Positions 42,501 to 52,177 of a DNA stretch of 64,000 bases are shown in pieces. The stretch comes from Pirellulales bacterium (GTDB lineage: Bacteria > Planctomycetota > Planctomycetia > Pirellulales > JAICIG01), in contig JBBDYJ010000039.1 of NCBI GenBank assembly GCA_040901675.1, forward strand, positions 1 through 64,000, in the 5' to 3' direction. The notes under the pieces were generated by a model. That model was given only the letters and a program-made list of their open reading frames with translations. It was not told the DNA's origin and ran no database searches. The number at the start of each line of letters is the position of its first letter. Within the stretch, counting starts at the first letter, position 1. The position numbers and the translations under genes were made by a program.

Positions 42501-43520
42501 ATGAGAAACGTGGTGTCGGTGGCGGCCCTGGGGCTTTGGCTGGCGGTTGGCGGCGGCGCGTCGGCGCAGGACGCGATCAAGAAGGTCGGCGGCGAAACGC
42601 TGCGAGGCACGGTCAAGGGGATGACCCGCACCGAGGTCACGCTCGACGACAAGCAGGTGCCGGTCGTCCAGATCGAATCGATCCGGTTCGACAAGGAGCC
42701 CCCCCAGCTCAACGCGATTCGCAACCAGGTCGCCAACGGCGGATACGACAATGCGCTTCGGTCGCTGGAGAAGATCGACGCCGGCAAGGTCGAGCGGGCG
42801 GAAGTGAAGCAGGAGATCGAGTTTTACCGGGCGCTGGCCAACGCCCGGCTGGCGCTGGGAGGCGGCGCCGACGTCAACGAGGCGGGCAAGCAGATGCTGG
42901 CCTTTGTCCGCGATCACTCGGACAATTTCCACGTGCTGGTGGCCAACGAGGTGTTGGGCGACCTGCTGGTGGCGGCACGCAAATTCGAGTTGGCCACCCA
43001 GTACTACGCCGCCATGGGCGAGGCGCCGTTTCCCGAGTACAAGATGCGAGCCGGCGTGGCGACCGGCCGGGCCCTGGTGGCCCAGAACAAGCTGACCGAG
43101 GCCGCCGCCCAGTTCGACCTGGTGCTGGCCCTGGAGGCCGCCGGGCCGGTGGCCGACGCACAGCGGCAGGCGGCCACGCTGGGCAAGGCGACCTGCCTGG
43201 CCGAGCAAGGGCAGGCCGACGAGGCGATCAAGCTGGTGGAGGCGATCATCGCCGCCCTGCCGGCCGAGGACGCCGAGCTGCACGCGCGGGCCTACGTGAC
43301 GTTGGGCAACTGCTACCGCAAGAAGCCGGGCGCCACGAAGCAGGCGCTCTTGGCCTTCCTGCACGTGGACGTTTTGTATTTCGCCAACCCGCAGGCCCAT
43401 GCCGAGGCGCTGTGGAACCTGGCCGTGTTGTGGAACGAGGTCGGCAAACCGGAGCGGGCGGTCGAGGCGACGCAATTGCTGAGGGATCGATACGCCAACA
43501 GCCAGTGGGCGGCACGCTAG
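42501..43520 (+). CDS. Exported TPR protein
   Basis: GAGGAG SD, signal peptide (ASA-QD), TPR motifs and C-terminal RYANSQWA. Confidence 0.8.
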   Translation: MRNVVSVAALGLWLAVGGGASAQDAIKKVGGETLRGTVKGMTRTEVTLDDKQVPVVQIESIRFDKEPPQLNAIRNQVANGGYDNALRSLEKIDAGKVERAEVKQEIEFYRALANARLALGGGADVNEAGKQMLAFVRDHSDNFHVLVANEVLGDLLVAARKFELATQYYAAMGEAPFPEYKMRAGVATGRALVAQNKLTEAAAQFDLVLALEAAGPVADAQRQAATLGKATCLAEQGQADEAIKLVEAIIAALPAEDAELHARAYVTLGNCYRKKPGATKQALLAFLHVDVLYFANPQAHAEALWNLAVLWNEVGKPERAVEATQLLRDRYANSQWAAR

Positions 43521-43681
43521 CTTTTACCAGGCAAGTGCTTCAGCAGGCGGGTCGCTTTACCAGGCAACGAGCGGCGCTTAAACTGCATTTCCAAGACTTC
43601 CAAGAAACACCGGCGGCACTTCACCGGCTCGACTTGCGAGCAAGCAATCACATCTTCTCGTCGTCAAAACTGGAGGCGACC

Positions 43682-44554
43682 ATGCGTGTTCGTTTTGCGT
43701 TGGCATGGCTGGGAACGGGGATCTGCGGGCTGACCTTGGTGGTCATGGCCATCGCGGGAATCGCGCGCGTGTCGCCGGACGGAGCGAGGCTCGCCATGGC
43801 CCAGGAAGACGATCCCGAGTTGCCGGGCGCCGATGGCCAGGCGGCGGACGATGCCGGGGCCGCCGCGCCGGGGGCTGGCCAGGGCGCCGCCAAGGCACCC
43901 GCGGCCAAGGCCGACAGCCAGACGCAGAGCATGCTTGGCTTCTACTTCGACGCGTTGGGCGCCAAGTACGTGATCATCTTCCTGGCGTTGTCGTTCACGT
44001 TGGTGGCGCTGGTGGTGATGAACATCCTGACGCTGCGGCGGTCGAGCATCGTGCCCTTGGACCTCGTCGAAGGGTTCGAAGCGCACCTGAACGAGAAGCG
44101 CTACCAGGAAGCGTACGACCTGGCCAAGAGCGACGACTCGTTTCTGGGACACGTGCTGTCGGCCGGACTGGGCAAGCTCTCGGCCGGCTATCCCCAGGCG
44201 ATCGAGGCGATGCAGGAAGTGGGCGAAGAAGAGACGATGAAGCTGGAGCACCGCCTGGGGTACATCGCCCTGATCGGCACGATCTGCCCGATGGTCGGCC
44301 TGTTGGGAACCGTGGACGGCATGGTGGATGCCTTTCGGGAAATCGCCACCCAAGGCACGCAACCCAAACCTTCCGAGCTAGCCAAGGCTATATCGAAGGC
44401 CTTGATTACCACGCTGGTGGGATTGTGGCTGGCGATCCCGGCCATCGCCATCTTTGGCATCATGCGCAACCGGATGGCCCGGCTCACGCTGGAGGTGGGG
44501 ATCCTGAGCGAGGGGCTGATGAGCCGCTTCTCCAACGTCGGCAAAAAGGGGTAA
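43682..44554 (+). CDS. MotA/TolQ/ExbB proton channel protein
   Basis: IGTICPMVGLLGTVDGM...ISKALITTLVGL. Confidence 0.9.
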   Translation: MRVRFALAWLGTGICGLTLVVMAIAGIARVSPDGARLAMAQEDDPELPGADGQAADDAGAAAPGAGQGAAKAPAAKADSQTQSMLGFYFDALGAKYVIIFLALSFTLVALVVMNILTLRRSSIVPLDLVEGFEAHLNEKRYQEAYDLAKSDDSFLGHVLSAGLGKLSAGYPQAIEAMQEVGEEETMKLEHRLGYIALIGTICPMVGLLGTVDGMVDAFREIATQGTQPKPSELAKAISKALITTLVGLWLAIPAIAIFGIMRNRMARLTLEVGILSEGLMSRFSNVGKKG

Positions 44555-44561
44555 GCCGGCC

Positions 44562-45008
44562 ATGGGCGTCCGACGCAAAAAGCTGAACGTCTCGGCCGAG
44601 GCCGACATGACGCCGATGATCGACATGACGTTCCAGTTGATCGCCTTTTTCATGGTGCTGTTGAACTTTGCCGAGGGGGAGCAGGATGAGCGGATCAAGC
44701 TCCCCTCCAGCGAGCTGGCCAAGCCGCCCGAAGCCGCCTTGGAATCGCCGCTGACGCTCCAGCTCACCGAGGAGGGCAGCGTGCTGTTTGGAGGCAACAT
44801 GCTGCCGATCGCGGCCTTGTCGGAACCGCTGCGGCACGAGGCGGCCGTGCTCGAGCGGCAGAACAAGAACGTGGCGGACGCCTCGGTGATCATCCGGGCC
44901 GACGCCTCGGCGAAGACGGGGGTGGTGCAGCAGTTGATTCAGAAGTGCCAGGAACACGGTTTCGAGAAGTTCCTGCTGCGCGCCAAGCAGGAAGCGAGGG
45001 GCCCCTGA
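44562..45008 (+). CDS. ExbD/TolR family protein
   Basis: DMTPMIDMTFQLIAFFM and VIIRAD. Confidence 0.9.
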   Translation: MGVRRKKLNVSAEADMTPMIDMTFQLIAFFMVLLNFAEGEQDERIKLPSSELAKPPEAALESPLTLQLTEEGSVLFGGNMLPIAALSEPLRHEAAVLERQNKNVADASVIIRADASAKTGVVQQLIQKCQEHGFEKFLLRAKQEARGP

Positions 45009-45497
45009 ATGAGAATCCGCAAATCAGCCGCCCACAAGGTGGACAAGGTCGAGATGCAGATGACGCCGATGATCGACATCGTGTTTCAAATGCTGGCCTT
45101 CTTCCTGATGACGTTCAAGATCACGACGCTGGAAGGCGACTTCAACATCAAGATGCCGGCGCAAGCGCCCAGCGCGGGGCCGGTCGAGTTTCCGCCGCTT
45201 CGCGTGCAATTAGTGGCCGATGCCCAAGGGAACCTGGCCGCCATCCGCCTGGGCGACAGGCCCCTGACGGGCTTCGACGCGCTGCACCGGGAGATCCTGG
45301 GCCTGGTCGGCAGCGCGACGGGACCCAACCCACTGGCCGACCAGCTCGAAGTGGAGTTGGACGCCGACTACAACCTGCGCTATGTGAACACGGTCGACGC
45401 GATCACGGCCATCTCCGGCTACGTGAACAAGGACGGTCACGTGGTCAAGCTGATCGAGAAGCTCAGGTTCACGCCGCCTGAACCGCCGCCGGAGTGA
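45009..45497 (+). CDS. ExbD/TolR family protein (second copy)
   Basis: QMTPMIDIVFQMLAFFLM and VELDAD. Confidence 0.88.
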   Translation: MRIRKSAAHKVDKVEMQMTPMIDIVFQMLAFFLMTFKITTLEGDFNIKMPAQAPSAGPVEFPPLRVQLVADAQGNLAAIRLGDRPLTGFDALHREILGLVGSATGPNPLADQLEVELDADYNLRYVNTVDAITAISGYVNKDGHVVKLIEKLRFTPPEPPPE

Positions 45498-45500
45498 GTT

Positions 45501-46448
45501 TCAGCCGCGGGGGTGAAAGCGGCGGTGGACGGCCTTCAGCCGCGACGAGTCGACGTGCGTGTAAATCTGCGTGGTGGTGATGCTGGCGTGGCCCAGCATC
45601 TCCTGCACTTGGCGCAGGTCGGCGCCGCCCGCCAACAGGTGCGTGGCGAAACTGTGTCGCAGCGTGTGCGGGCTGACGCGGTCCGAGGCGCCGGCCCGCA
45701 GCGCGAAATGCTTGACCAGCTCCCAGATCCGCTCGCGGCGCAGCCGCCGGCCGCGGCGCGACAGCAACAGCCAGCCCGGCGGAGCGGACGCGCGGGCCGC
45801 CAGGGCCGGACGCTCGTGCTCCAGATAAGCCCGGACGGCCTGGGCGGCCCGCTTGCCCAGCGGCACCAGGCGCTGCTTGTCGCCCTTGCCGCGGCAGAGG
45901 CAGTACGACTCGTCGAGGTGCACGTCGCGCGTGGCCAGGTGCGACAGCTCCGAGGCGCGGCAGCCGGTCGCATAGAGCAGCTCGAGCAGGGCCCGGTCGC
46001 GCCGCCAGAAGGGCTCGCCCGGCCTGGGGATTGCCAGCAGCCGGTCGACGACCTGCGGCGACAGCACTTCGGGCACCCGCTGCCAGAGCTTCTGGCTGCC
46101 CAACAGCTCGACCAGGTTCTCGGTCAGGATGCCTTCTAACTGCAGATAGCGAAAGAAGAGCTTGAGCGAGACCAGGTGCCGCCCCAGGCTGGCGGGGGCA
46201 AGGCTCTGCTTGTGCAGCCAGCCGGCGTACTCGGCCAGGTGGCGAATAGTGAGCGAGGCGATCGAGCGGTTGCCGAGCCAGGCATGAAAGCGGCGCAGGT
46301 CGCGGCGGTAGGCCAACACGGTGTTCTCGGCCAGGTGACATTCGCTGGCCAGGTAGCCGACGAAAGCCTCCGACCAGCGATGCTCCGCCCGCGCGGCGGC
46401 CGGCGGCGCCGCTTTGGTCCGGCCCGGCTTGGATGGCGGCTTGCCCAT
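45501..46448 (-). CDS. xerD: Site-specific tyrosine recombinase XerD
   Basis: NTVLAYRRDL, LYATGCRASE, GKGDKQRLVP, SPHTLRHSFATH, LGHASITTTQIYTHV and HPR. Confidence 0.88.
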   Translation of the reverse strand: MGKPPSKPGRTKAAPPAAARAEHRWSEAFVGYLASECHLAENTVLAYRRDLRRFHAWLGNRSIASLTIRHLAEYAGWLHKQSLAPASLGRHLVSLKLFFRYLQLEGILTENLVELLGSQKLWQRVPEVLSPQVVDRLLAIPRPGEPFWRRDRALLELLYATGCRASELSHLATRDVHLDESYCLCRGKGDKQRLVPLGKRAAQAVRAYLEHERPALAARASAPPGWLLLSRRGRRLRRERIWELVKHFALRAGASDRVSPHTLRHSFATHLLAGGADLRQVQEMLGHASITTTQIYTHVDSSRLKAVHRRFHPRG

Positions 46449-46616
46449 GCTCTCTACGTTCGGTCCGCCGCTCGCGGGCAGTTCATAGTTTCGCCCCCCG
46501 GCCGTCCGGAGCTGCACGACCCGAATGCGTTCGGGCGGCATGCTACAATCGAGCAGGCTGCCGCGCGGCAAGAGTTAACGTTGGTAGCGAACATTCCGGG
46601 AAGGAAGATCTGGCAC

Positions 46617-47600
46617 GTGAACATTCTGGTGACGGGAGGGGCGGGCTATGTGGGCAGTCATGCGGCGCGGCTGCTGGACCGCGCCGGACACCAGGTGTGG
46701 ATCTACGATAACCTCTCGGTGGGCCATCGCTCGGCGGCTCTGCCCGGAAAGCTGATCGAAGGCCACCTGGCCGACCGGGACCGCCTCGAGCACGTGCTCC
46801 GCGAGCAGGCAATCGAAGCGGTGATGCACTTCGCGGCCTTTGCCCTGGTCGGCGAGTCGGTGACCGACCCAGCCCGGTACTACCAGAACAACGTGGTTTC
46901 GAGCCTGTCGCTATTGGAGGCGATGCGGGCGGCCGGCGTGACGAGCATCGTGTTCTCGAGCACCACGGCCACCTACGGAGCGCCGGAGCGGATTCCGATC
47001 ACGGAGGACGAGCCGCAGCGGCCGATCAATCCCTACGGGTTCTCGAAGCTGGTGGTCGAACGGGCGCTGGCCGATTACGCCCGCGCCTACGGCTTCGGTT
47101 ACGCGGCCCTGCGTTACTTCAACGCCGCCGGCGCCAGCCCCGACGGCGACCTGGGAGAAGACCACACGCCCGAATCGCATCTGATTCCCATCGTGCTGCA
47201 GGCGGCGCTGGGATTGCGCGACGGGGTAACCGTTTTTGGCGACGACTATCCCACGCCCGATGGCACGTGCATCCGCGACTACATTCACGTCGACGACCTG
47301 GGCGACGCGCACGTGAAGGCTCTGGCGCGGCTGGCGCCGGGCAAGGGATTGGAGTTGAACTTGGGCACTGGGCGCGGCCACAGCGTGCGGGAGGTGATCG
47401 AATCGTGCCGCCGCGTTTCGGGCCGCGAGATCCCCGTTTCGATCGGCGCGCGGCGGCCCGGCGATCCGCCGGAGCTGGTGGCCGACTCCAGCCGTGCCCA
47501 GCGGCAATTGGAGTGGCAGCCGCGCTATCAAACGCTCGACTCGATTGTCGAGACCGCCTGGCGCTGGCATTCGACGCATCCTCACGGGTACGGGGACTAG
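46617..47600 (+). CDS. galE: UDP-glucose 4-epimerase
   Basis: GGAGYVGSH, HFAA..VGES, YGFSK, LRYFNAAG and DGTCIRDYIHV; GTG start. Confidence 0.93.
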   Translation: MNILVTGGAGYVGSHAARLLDRAGHQVWIYDNLSVGHRSAALPGKLIEGHLADRDRLEHVLREQAIEAVMHFAAFALVGESVTDPARYYQNNVVSSLSLLEAMRAAGVTSIVFSSTTATYGAPERIPITEDEPQRPINPYGFSKLVVERALADYARAYGFGYAALRYFNAAGASPDGDLGEDHTPESHLIPIVLQAALGLRDGVTVFGDDYPTPDGTCIRDYIHVDDLGDAHVKALARLAPGKGLELNLGTGRGHSVREVIESCRRVSGREIPVSIGARRPGDPPELVADSSRAQRQLEWQPRYQTLDSIVETAWRWHSTHPHGYGD

Positions 47601-47741
47601 AAGGCAGAAGGAGGAAGGCAGAAGGAGGAAGGAGGAAGGAGGAAGGAGGAAGGAGACGCGCAAGCGCAGGTTCCAGGGTATAGACCCCGTCGTCTTCGTT
47701 CTCCTTGTCACCTTGTCACCTTGTCTCCTTGTCTCCTTGTC
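47600..47741. repeat. Heptamer (gaaggca/gaaggag) tract followed by an octamer (ccttgtc[a/t]) tract
   Basis: Tandem repeats read directly at 47600-47654 and 47703-47741. Confidence 0.75.
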
Positions 47742-47811
47742 GTGCCTCCGCCTTGTCGTCTTGTCGCAGCGGGCAGTGGCGTGGGCCTGACGCTCGCGAT
47801 ACACTCGGTCC

Positions 47812-49455
47812 ATGGCCGATCGAGAGCACCCGGATCCCGAGCTGCTGGCCCAATTCCGCCAGGCGCTGGCCGACTGCCGCAAGCTCTATCGCGAGGGGAC
47901 CGAAGAGTGCATCCAGGAGCATGCCGCCTCGCTGGGGCAGAGCCCGCAGCAATTCGTGGCCCTGATGCAGGATCTGGAGCGGGGCCTGCTGGTCAAAGTC
48001 TTCGTGGAGATCGCCCAGTGCGATTGGCACTGGAGCCCGGCCGAGCTGGCCCTGGCTGCGGAACTCTTCGAGTACGTCTGGTCGACGCGGCCCGAGGGCG
48101 ACCGGCTGCGCAGGGCGCTCAAGAGAGTGGTGGAGCAGGCCGGCGCGTTGAACTGGGGCGGCCTCGTGCGGCCCTTCGCCCAACTGCCGCCATTGCAGGA
48201 ACGGATCGGCGACCTGGAGACCGTCGTGGTGAGGCTGGCCAACGTGGTGGCCAAGATCGATGGCCGGACGTGCGAGGCGGAAACGAAACGCCTCCGATGG
48301 ATCCAAAGCGAGCTGGAGCGGCACCTGGAGCCGCTGCCCGTCGACGATGGCTCAGCCACCGCGGCCGAACGCCGCGAAGTGGCGCGGACCTTGGACACCG
48401 AGTTGGGCAGCCCGGCACCCGCAAAGGGCCAGCCGCGAACAACGGGCGAGCTGGACGAGACGGCGCGCGCCAGGCAACTGGACGAAGCGCTGGCGGAACT
48501 GCACGCGCTGATCGGGCTGGCCTCGATCAAGCACGACGTCGCCGAGCTGGTGAACTTTCTGAAGGTCCAGCAGGAGCGGGTCCGGCTCGGCCTGGCGCAG
48601 ACTCCTGTCAGCCTGCACATGGTGTTCTGCGGCAACCCGGGGACCGGCAAGACGACCGTGGCCCGGCTGCTGGGCAAGATGCTGGGCGGCATGGGCATCC
48701 TGAAGAAGGGACATCTCATCGAGACGGACCGCTCGGGGCTGGTGGCCAAATATGCCGGACAGACGGGACCCAAGACGCACAAGAAGATCGACGAGGCGCT
48801 GGACGGTGTGCTGTTCATCGACGAGGCGTACAGCCTGGTGGCCGAGCGCGGCGACGACCCCTACGGCAACGAGGCAGTCCAGGCTCTGCTGAAGCGAGTG
48901 GAAGACGATCGCCATCGGCTGGTGGTGGTGCTGGCTGGTTATCCAGGGCCGATGGCCGAATTGCTGGCGGCCAACCCCGGGCTGAGCTCGCGTTTCAACC
49001 GCCAGCTCGATTTTCCCGACTACACGGCCGGCGAGCTGGGGCGGATCTTCCAGTCGATGTGCGAGCGAAACCACTACGTGTTGCCCGGCGAGACCCGCAT
49101 GAAGCTGCTGCTGGGATTTCAGAACCTGCTCGACCGGCGGGATGAGAGTTTTGGCAACGGGCGGCTGGCGCGCAATGTCTTCGAGGCCTCGATCCGCCGT
49201 CTGGCCAACCGGATTGCCTCGATCGCCCCGCTGACGACCGAGCTGCTCACGCGGCTGGAGGCCCAGGACATCGCCCTGCCCGACGTGCCTGCCGAGGTTT
49301 TTGGCGAGGAGCAGCTCCGATCGCGGCGGTTATCGACCGACTGTCCCGGCTGCGCCGAGCAGGTCCGTTTCGGTCCACACGTGCTCGCGCGGCGGGCCAG
49401 GTGCAAAAAGTGCGGGCACGAGTTCCAATTGGACTGGGGAGAATTGATCGCATGA
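47812..49455 (+). CDS. SpoVK/CbbX-type AAA+ ATPase with a helical (TerB-like) N-terminus and a C-terminal Zn ribbon
   Basis: HMVFCGNPGTGKTTVAR, LFIDEAYSL, NPGLSSRF, FGNGR and CPGC...CKKC. Confidence 0.85.
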   Translation: MADREHPDPELLAQFRQALADCRKLYREGTEECIQEHAASLGQSPQQFVALMQDLERGLLVKVFVEIAQCDWHWSPAELALAAELFEYVWSTRPEGDRLRRALKRVVEQAGALNWGGLVRPFAQLPPLQERIGDLETVVVRLANVVAKIDGRTCEAETKRLRWIQSELERHLEPLPVDDGSATAAERREVARTLDTELGSPAPAKGQPRTTGELDETARARQLDEALAELHALIGLASIKHDVAELVNFLKVQQERVRLGLAQTPVSLHMVFCGNPGTGKTTVARLLGKMLGGMGILKKGHLIETDRSGLVAKYAGQTGPKTHKKIDEALDGVLFIDEAYSLVAERGDDPYGNEAVQALLKRVEDDRHRLVVVLAGYPGPMAELLAANPGLSSRFNRQLDFPDYTAGELGRIFQSMCERNHYVLPGETRMKLLLGFQNLLDRRDESFGNGRLARNVFEASIRRLANRIASIAPLTTELLTRLEAQDIALPDVPAEVFGEEQLRSRRLSTDCPGCAEQVRFGPHVLARRARCKKCGHEFQLDWGELIA

Positions 49456-50366
49456 CGCAGCCTGAAGGCTTGGCAACGACGGGCACGGCGAGGGGCCGGT
49501 TGGGTTACAACAAGCTCTGCAACCTGGAAGACTTTGCCCATCCCGATTTGCGGTCCACCGTGCGCGAGGTGTTCGCCCACGAGGTGGGGCGCTTCGGGCC
49601 CGACTTCCCCAGGGGACGTGAGTACCGCAAGTATTGGGAAGTCGCCATGGGGGCCAGGGCGCTGCGCGACGCAGGCGTGCTCCACCCAAAGGCCGACGTG
49701 CTGGGCGTCGGGGCGGGCAACGAGCCCACCATCTTCTGGCTGACCGGCCACGTGGGCCGCGTGTTCGCCACGGACCTGTACCTGGGGACGACCGAGGACT
49801 GGCAGCAGAGTGCCAACGCGGGGATGTTCCTCCACCCCCAGCGGTACTGGCCCGCGCGGTGGAACCGGCGGCGGCTGGTGGTCCAGCACATGAACGCCCT
49901 GGACCTGTGGCACGAGGACGAGTCGTTCGACGCGGTGTTTTCGTCCAGCTCGCTCGAGCACTTCGGCACGCTGGAAGAGATTGCCCAGAGCATGCGGGAG
50001 ATGTTCCGCGTGCTGAAGCCGGGCGGCGTGTTGAGCTTGTCGACCGAGTTCCGGCTGGCGGGGCCGAAGGGGAGCGGCCTGCCGGGCATCGTGCTGTTCG
50101 ATGCCGGCACGCTGGGCGACTACGTGCTGGGCAAGCTGGCTTGGGAGCCGCTTTCCCAGCTCGACCTCACCGCTTCGCCGGCCACGTTGGCCACGCGGCA
50201 GCCGTTCGCCGAGGCGTGCGCCGATCTCAATCGCCACCTGGCCCGCGAGCGCGAGATCATCTTTCACCGGCTCGAGTGGGCCAGGTATCCGCACATCGTG
50301 CTGGAGCACGAAGGATTCACTTGGACCAGCATCCATCTCGCGCTGCGGAAGGAAAAAAGGGGATAA
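49452..50366 (+). CDS. Class I SAM-dependent methyltransferase
   Basis: VLGVGAG, ESFDAVFSSSSLEHF and RVLKPGG; ATGA overlap with the ATPase gene. Confidence 0.85.
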   Translation: MTQPEGLATTGTARGRLGYNKLCNLEDFAHPDLRSTVREVFAHEVGRFGPDFPRGREYRKYWEVAMGARALRDAGVLHPKADVLGVGAGNEPTIFWLTGHVGRVFATDLYLGTTEDWQQSANAGMFLHPQRYWPARWNRRRLVVQHMNALDLWHEDESFDAVFSSSSLEHFGTLEEIAQSMREMFRVLKPGGVLSLSTEFRLAGPKGSGLPGIVLFDAGTLGDYVLGKLAWEPLSQLDLTASPATLATRQPFAEACADLNRHLAREREIIFHRLEWARYPHIVLEHEGFTWTSIHLALRKEKRG

Positions 50367-50369
50367 GTC

Positions 50370-50642
50370 TTGCGAACGACATTGCGGATCGACGACGACT
50401 TGATGCGAGTGCTGGAGGAGCGGGCCTGCCGGGAAAATGTCTCCGTGACCAGCCTGGTCAACAGACTGCTGCGGCGCGCGCTCGACCTGGCCGGCCGCGC
50501 CAAAAAGAAGGGCAACGCCACAAGCTATCGCGAAAGAGCGTTCGCCATGGGCGAACCGCGGATCGATCTCACCAAGGCGCTTGCTGCCGCGGCAGCGCTG
50601 GAGGATGCCGAGATCGTCGAGAAGTCTTCGCGACGGAAGTAG
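50370..50642 (+). CDS. VapB-like ribbon-helix-helix antitoxin (no toxin seen)
   Basis: MRTTLRIDDDL...LVNRLLRRAL...IDLTKALAAAAALED; TTG start. Confidence 0.7.
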   Translation: MRTTLRIDDDLMRVLEERACRENVSVTSLVNRLLRRALDLAGRAKKKGNATSYRERAFAMGEPRIDLTKALAAAAALEDAEIVEKSSRRK

Positions 50643-50721
50643 CCTGAGGAAGTGGGTGGGACCAGGATTCGATTCGCTGCCGCCTGACTTCCGGACTCTA
50701 CCGTCATGCTCCGCGCATTGA

Positions 50722-50786
50722 AAAAAGGGGATAAGTCCAATTACGCGCGTCCAATTACGCTGGTTAATTGGACTTATCCCCTTTTT
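50722..50786. repeat. Miniature inverted repeat (22-bp arms), with a third partial arm at 50352-50369
   Basis: aaaaaggggataagtccaatta (50722-50743) pairs with taattggacttatccccttttt (50765-50786). Confidence 0.8.
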
Positions 50787-52146
50787 ATTCGAAGACGTTC
50801 TCGCGCTCGAGCGGCAACTGGAAGGCGTCGGCCACGCGGGTCATGTAGTGGCAGCGGCACGACCACCAGATGATGTCGAGCGTGCGGTCCACGCCGAAAT
50901 GGTCGACCAGTTGACGCACGTCGGCGTCGCTGATCGACCAGGGTTGCGTGGACTGCTTGCGGGCAAAGGCAAAGGCCATCCGGTCGCCGGCCGGAAAGCC
51001 GGACCAGTCGCCGCTGGCCAAATGGCCCGTCCGCTCGGCCACCTCCACCGCGTCCAGGCCCGCGACCGCGAGCAGCATCTCCGTGTGGCCCATTCAGTAG
51101 AAACAGTCGATCGAGCGCGTGGTCACCCAGAACACGCTCTCTTCGAAAACCCGGTCCTGTTTCGACTCCTGGGCAAAAGCCCGCGAACACACCGCCCAGC
51201 CCTTGGCCAGCTCCGGCTGGTAGCCGGCGCACACCAGGCTCCAACCGATCCGCACCGGCGGCCCGCCGGACGATCCCGGCGCCACCAACGCCCGGACTTC
51301 CTCCCAGCTCGGCACCCGAATCCGCGAGCGGCGGTTACGCTGCGATTCGAGGCGTTCCTGCAGGTCCGCAAAGTCCATGGCCAGCCACTGCGGGTCGCTG
51401 ATTCTCGCGGCCACGCCGGCGTCCGTCTGTCCGAGCGGGGGTCTGCGCCACGGCGCAACGGCTCGGCCGGCTGAGGGCTGCTTGGAGAACTCCACCGCCA
51501 GCGGCGGCAGCGGGCCTCCCTCCTCTCGTTCGAACCCCAGCGCCAGCAGCAGCCGATCCTGGAAGTTGCCATACCCCACGAGCAGCACCATGGCCACCAC
51601 CTGCTTGTCGCCGTACAGCTCGACCAGCCGTGCCACCTCCTCGTCGGTAATCGTGCTCGCGGCCACGGTCAGCTTGCGGGCAAACCGCAGCACCGCCCTT
51701 TCCGCCTCGGATGATGGCGAGCCATCGTCCGACAATGCCCGGATGTCGTTGTCGTCCAGCCCCGCGCGGACCAGGTCCGCGGCGGCATAGGCCTCGCTGT
51801 AGTCGCAGCGATTGGCCCGTGCCACGATCCAACGCATTTTTCCGCGCAGCACCGGGTCGAGCGGGCCGGCCGCCCTGTGCAGCCAATCGAGCTCGAGCAT
51901 GGCTGCCGTCGTCCGCGGCAGGCTGCCTGCCAGGGCCCTGGCCCACACGGGCAATGGGCCGCTGCGGCCTTGCCGGACTTCAGGCAGCCGCTGCCAAGCC
52001 TGGGCGTCGGACAACAGCGGCACACGGGCCGTGGTTGGCTGTTGGCCGTCCGGCGGGACTGTGGGGTCTTGCGCGGCGGCCGGTTGAACGGCCGTCAAAA
52101 AAGCCAACAGTCCGGCTGCATTGAGTAACGCTACGAGGCGAACCAT
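50785..52146 (-). CDS. Exported tandem AhpD/carboxymuconolactone-decarboxylase-like protein, probable selenoprotein (TGA=Sec at 51094-51096)
   Basis: Two track ORFs abut in frame across one TGA giving CFY-U-MGH; the first domain has CDYS; a SECIS-like hairpin lies downstream. Confidence 0.78.
51058..51073 (-). promoter_or_regulatory. Putative bacterial SECIS hairpin
   Basis: GCUCGC-GGUC-GCGGGC; the loop starts 27 nt after the UGA. Confidence 0.6.
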
Positions 52147-52177
52147 GCCAATTGCTTTCGGGGTATGGGAGGTGTGT

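Noticed and set aside
43521..43567. 13-bp direct repeat ctttaccaggcaa upstream of exbB
   Set aside because: Only two short copies with no other support, so I cannot distinguish it from chance or a local duplication
45501..46448. Tyrosine recombinase as a prophage or island integrase
   Set aside because: Motifs and length match housekeeping XerD; no att repeats or phage genes nearby
51094..51096. Treating the TGA as a nonsense mutation or as two separate genes
   Set aside because: The stop falls exactly on the redox Cys position and has a SECIS-like hairpin downstream; Sec is the better explanation, pending the sel gene check
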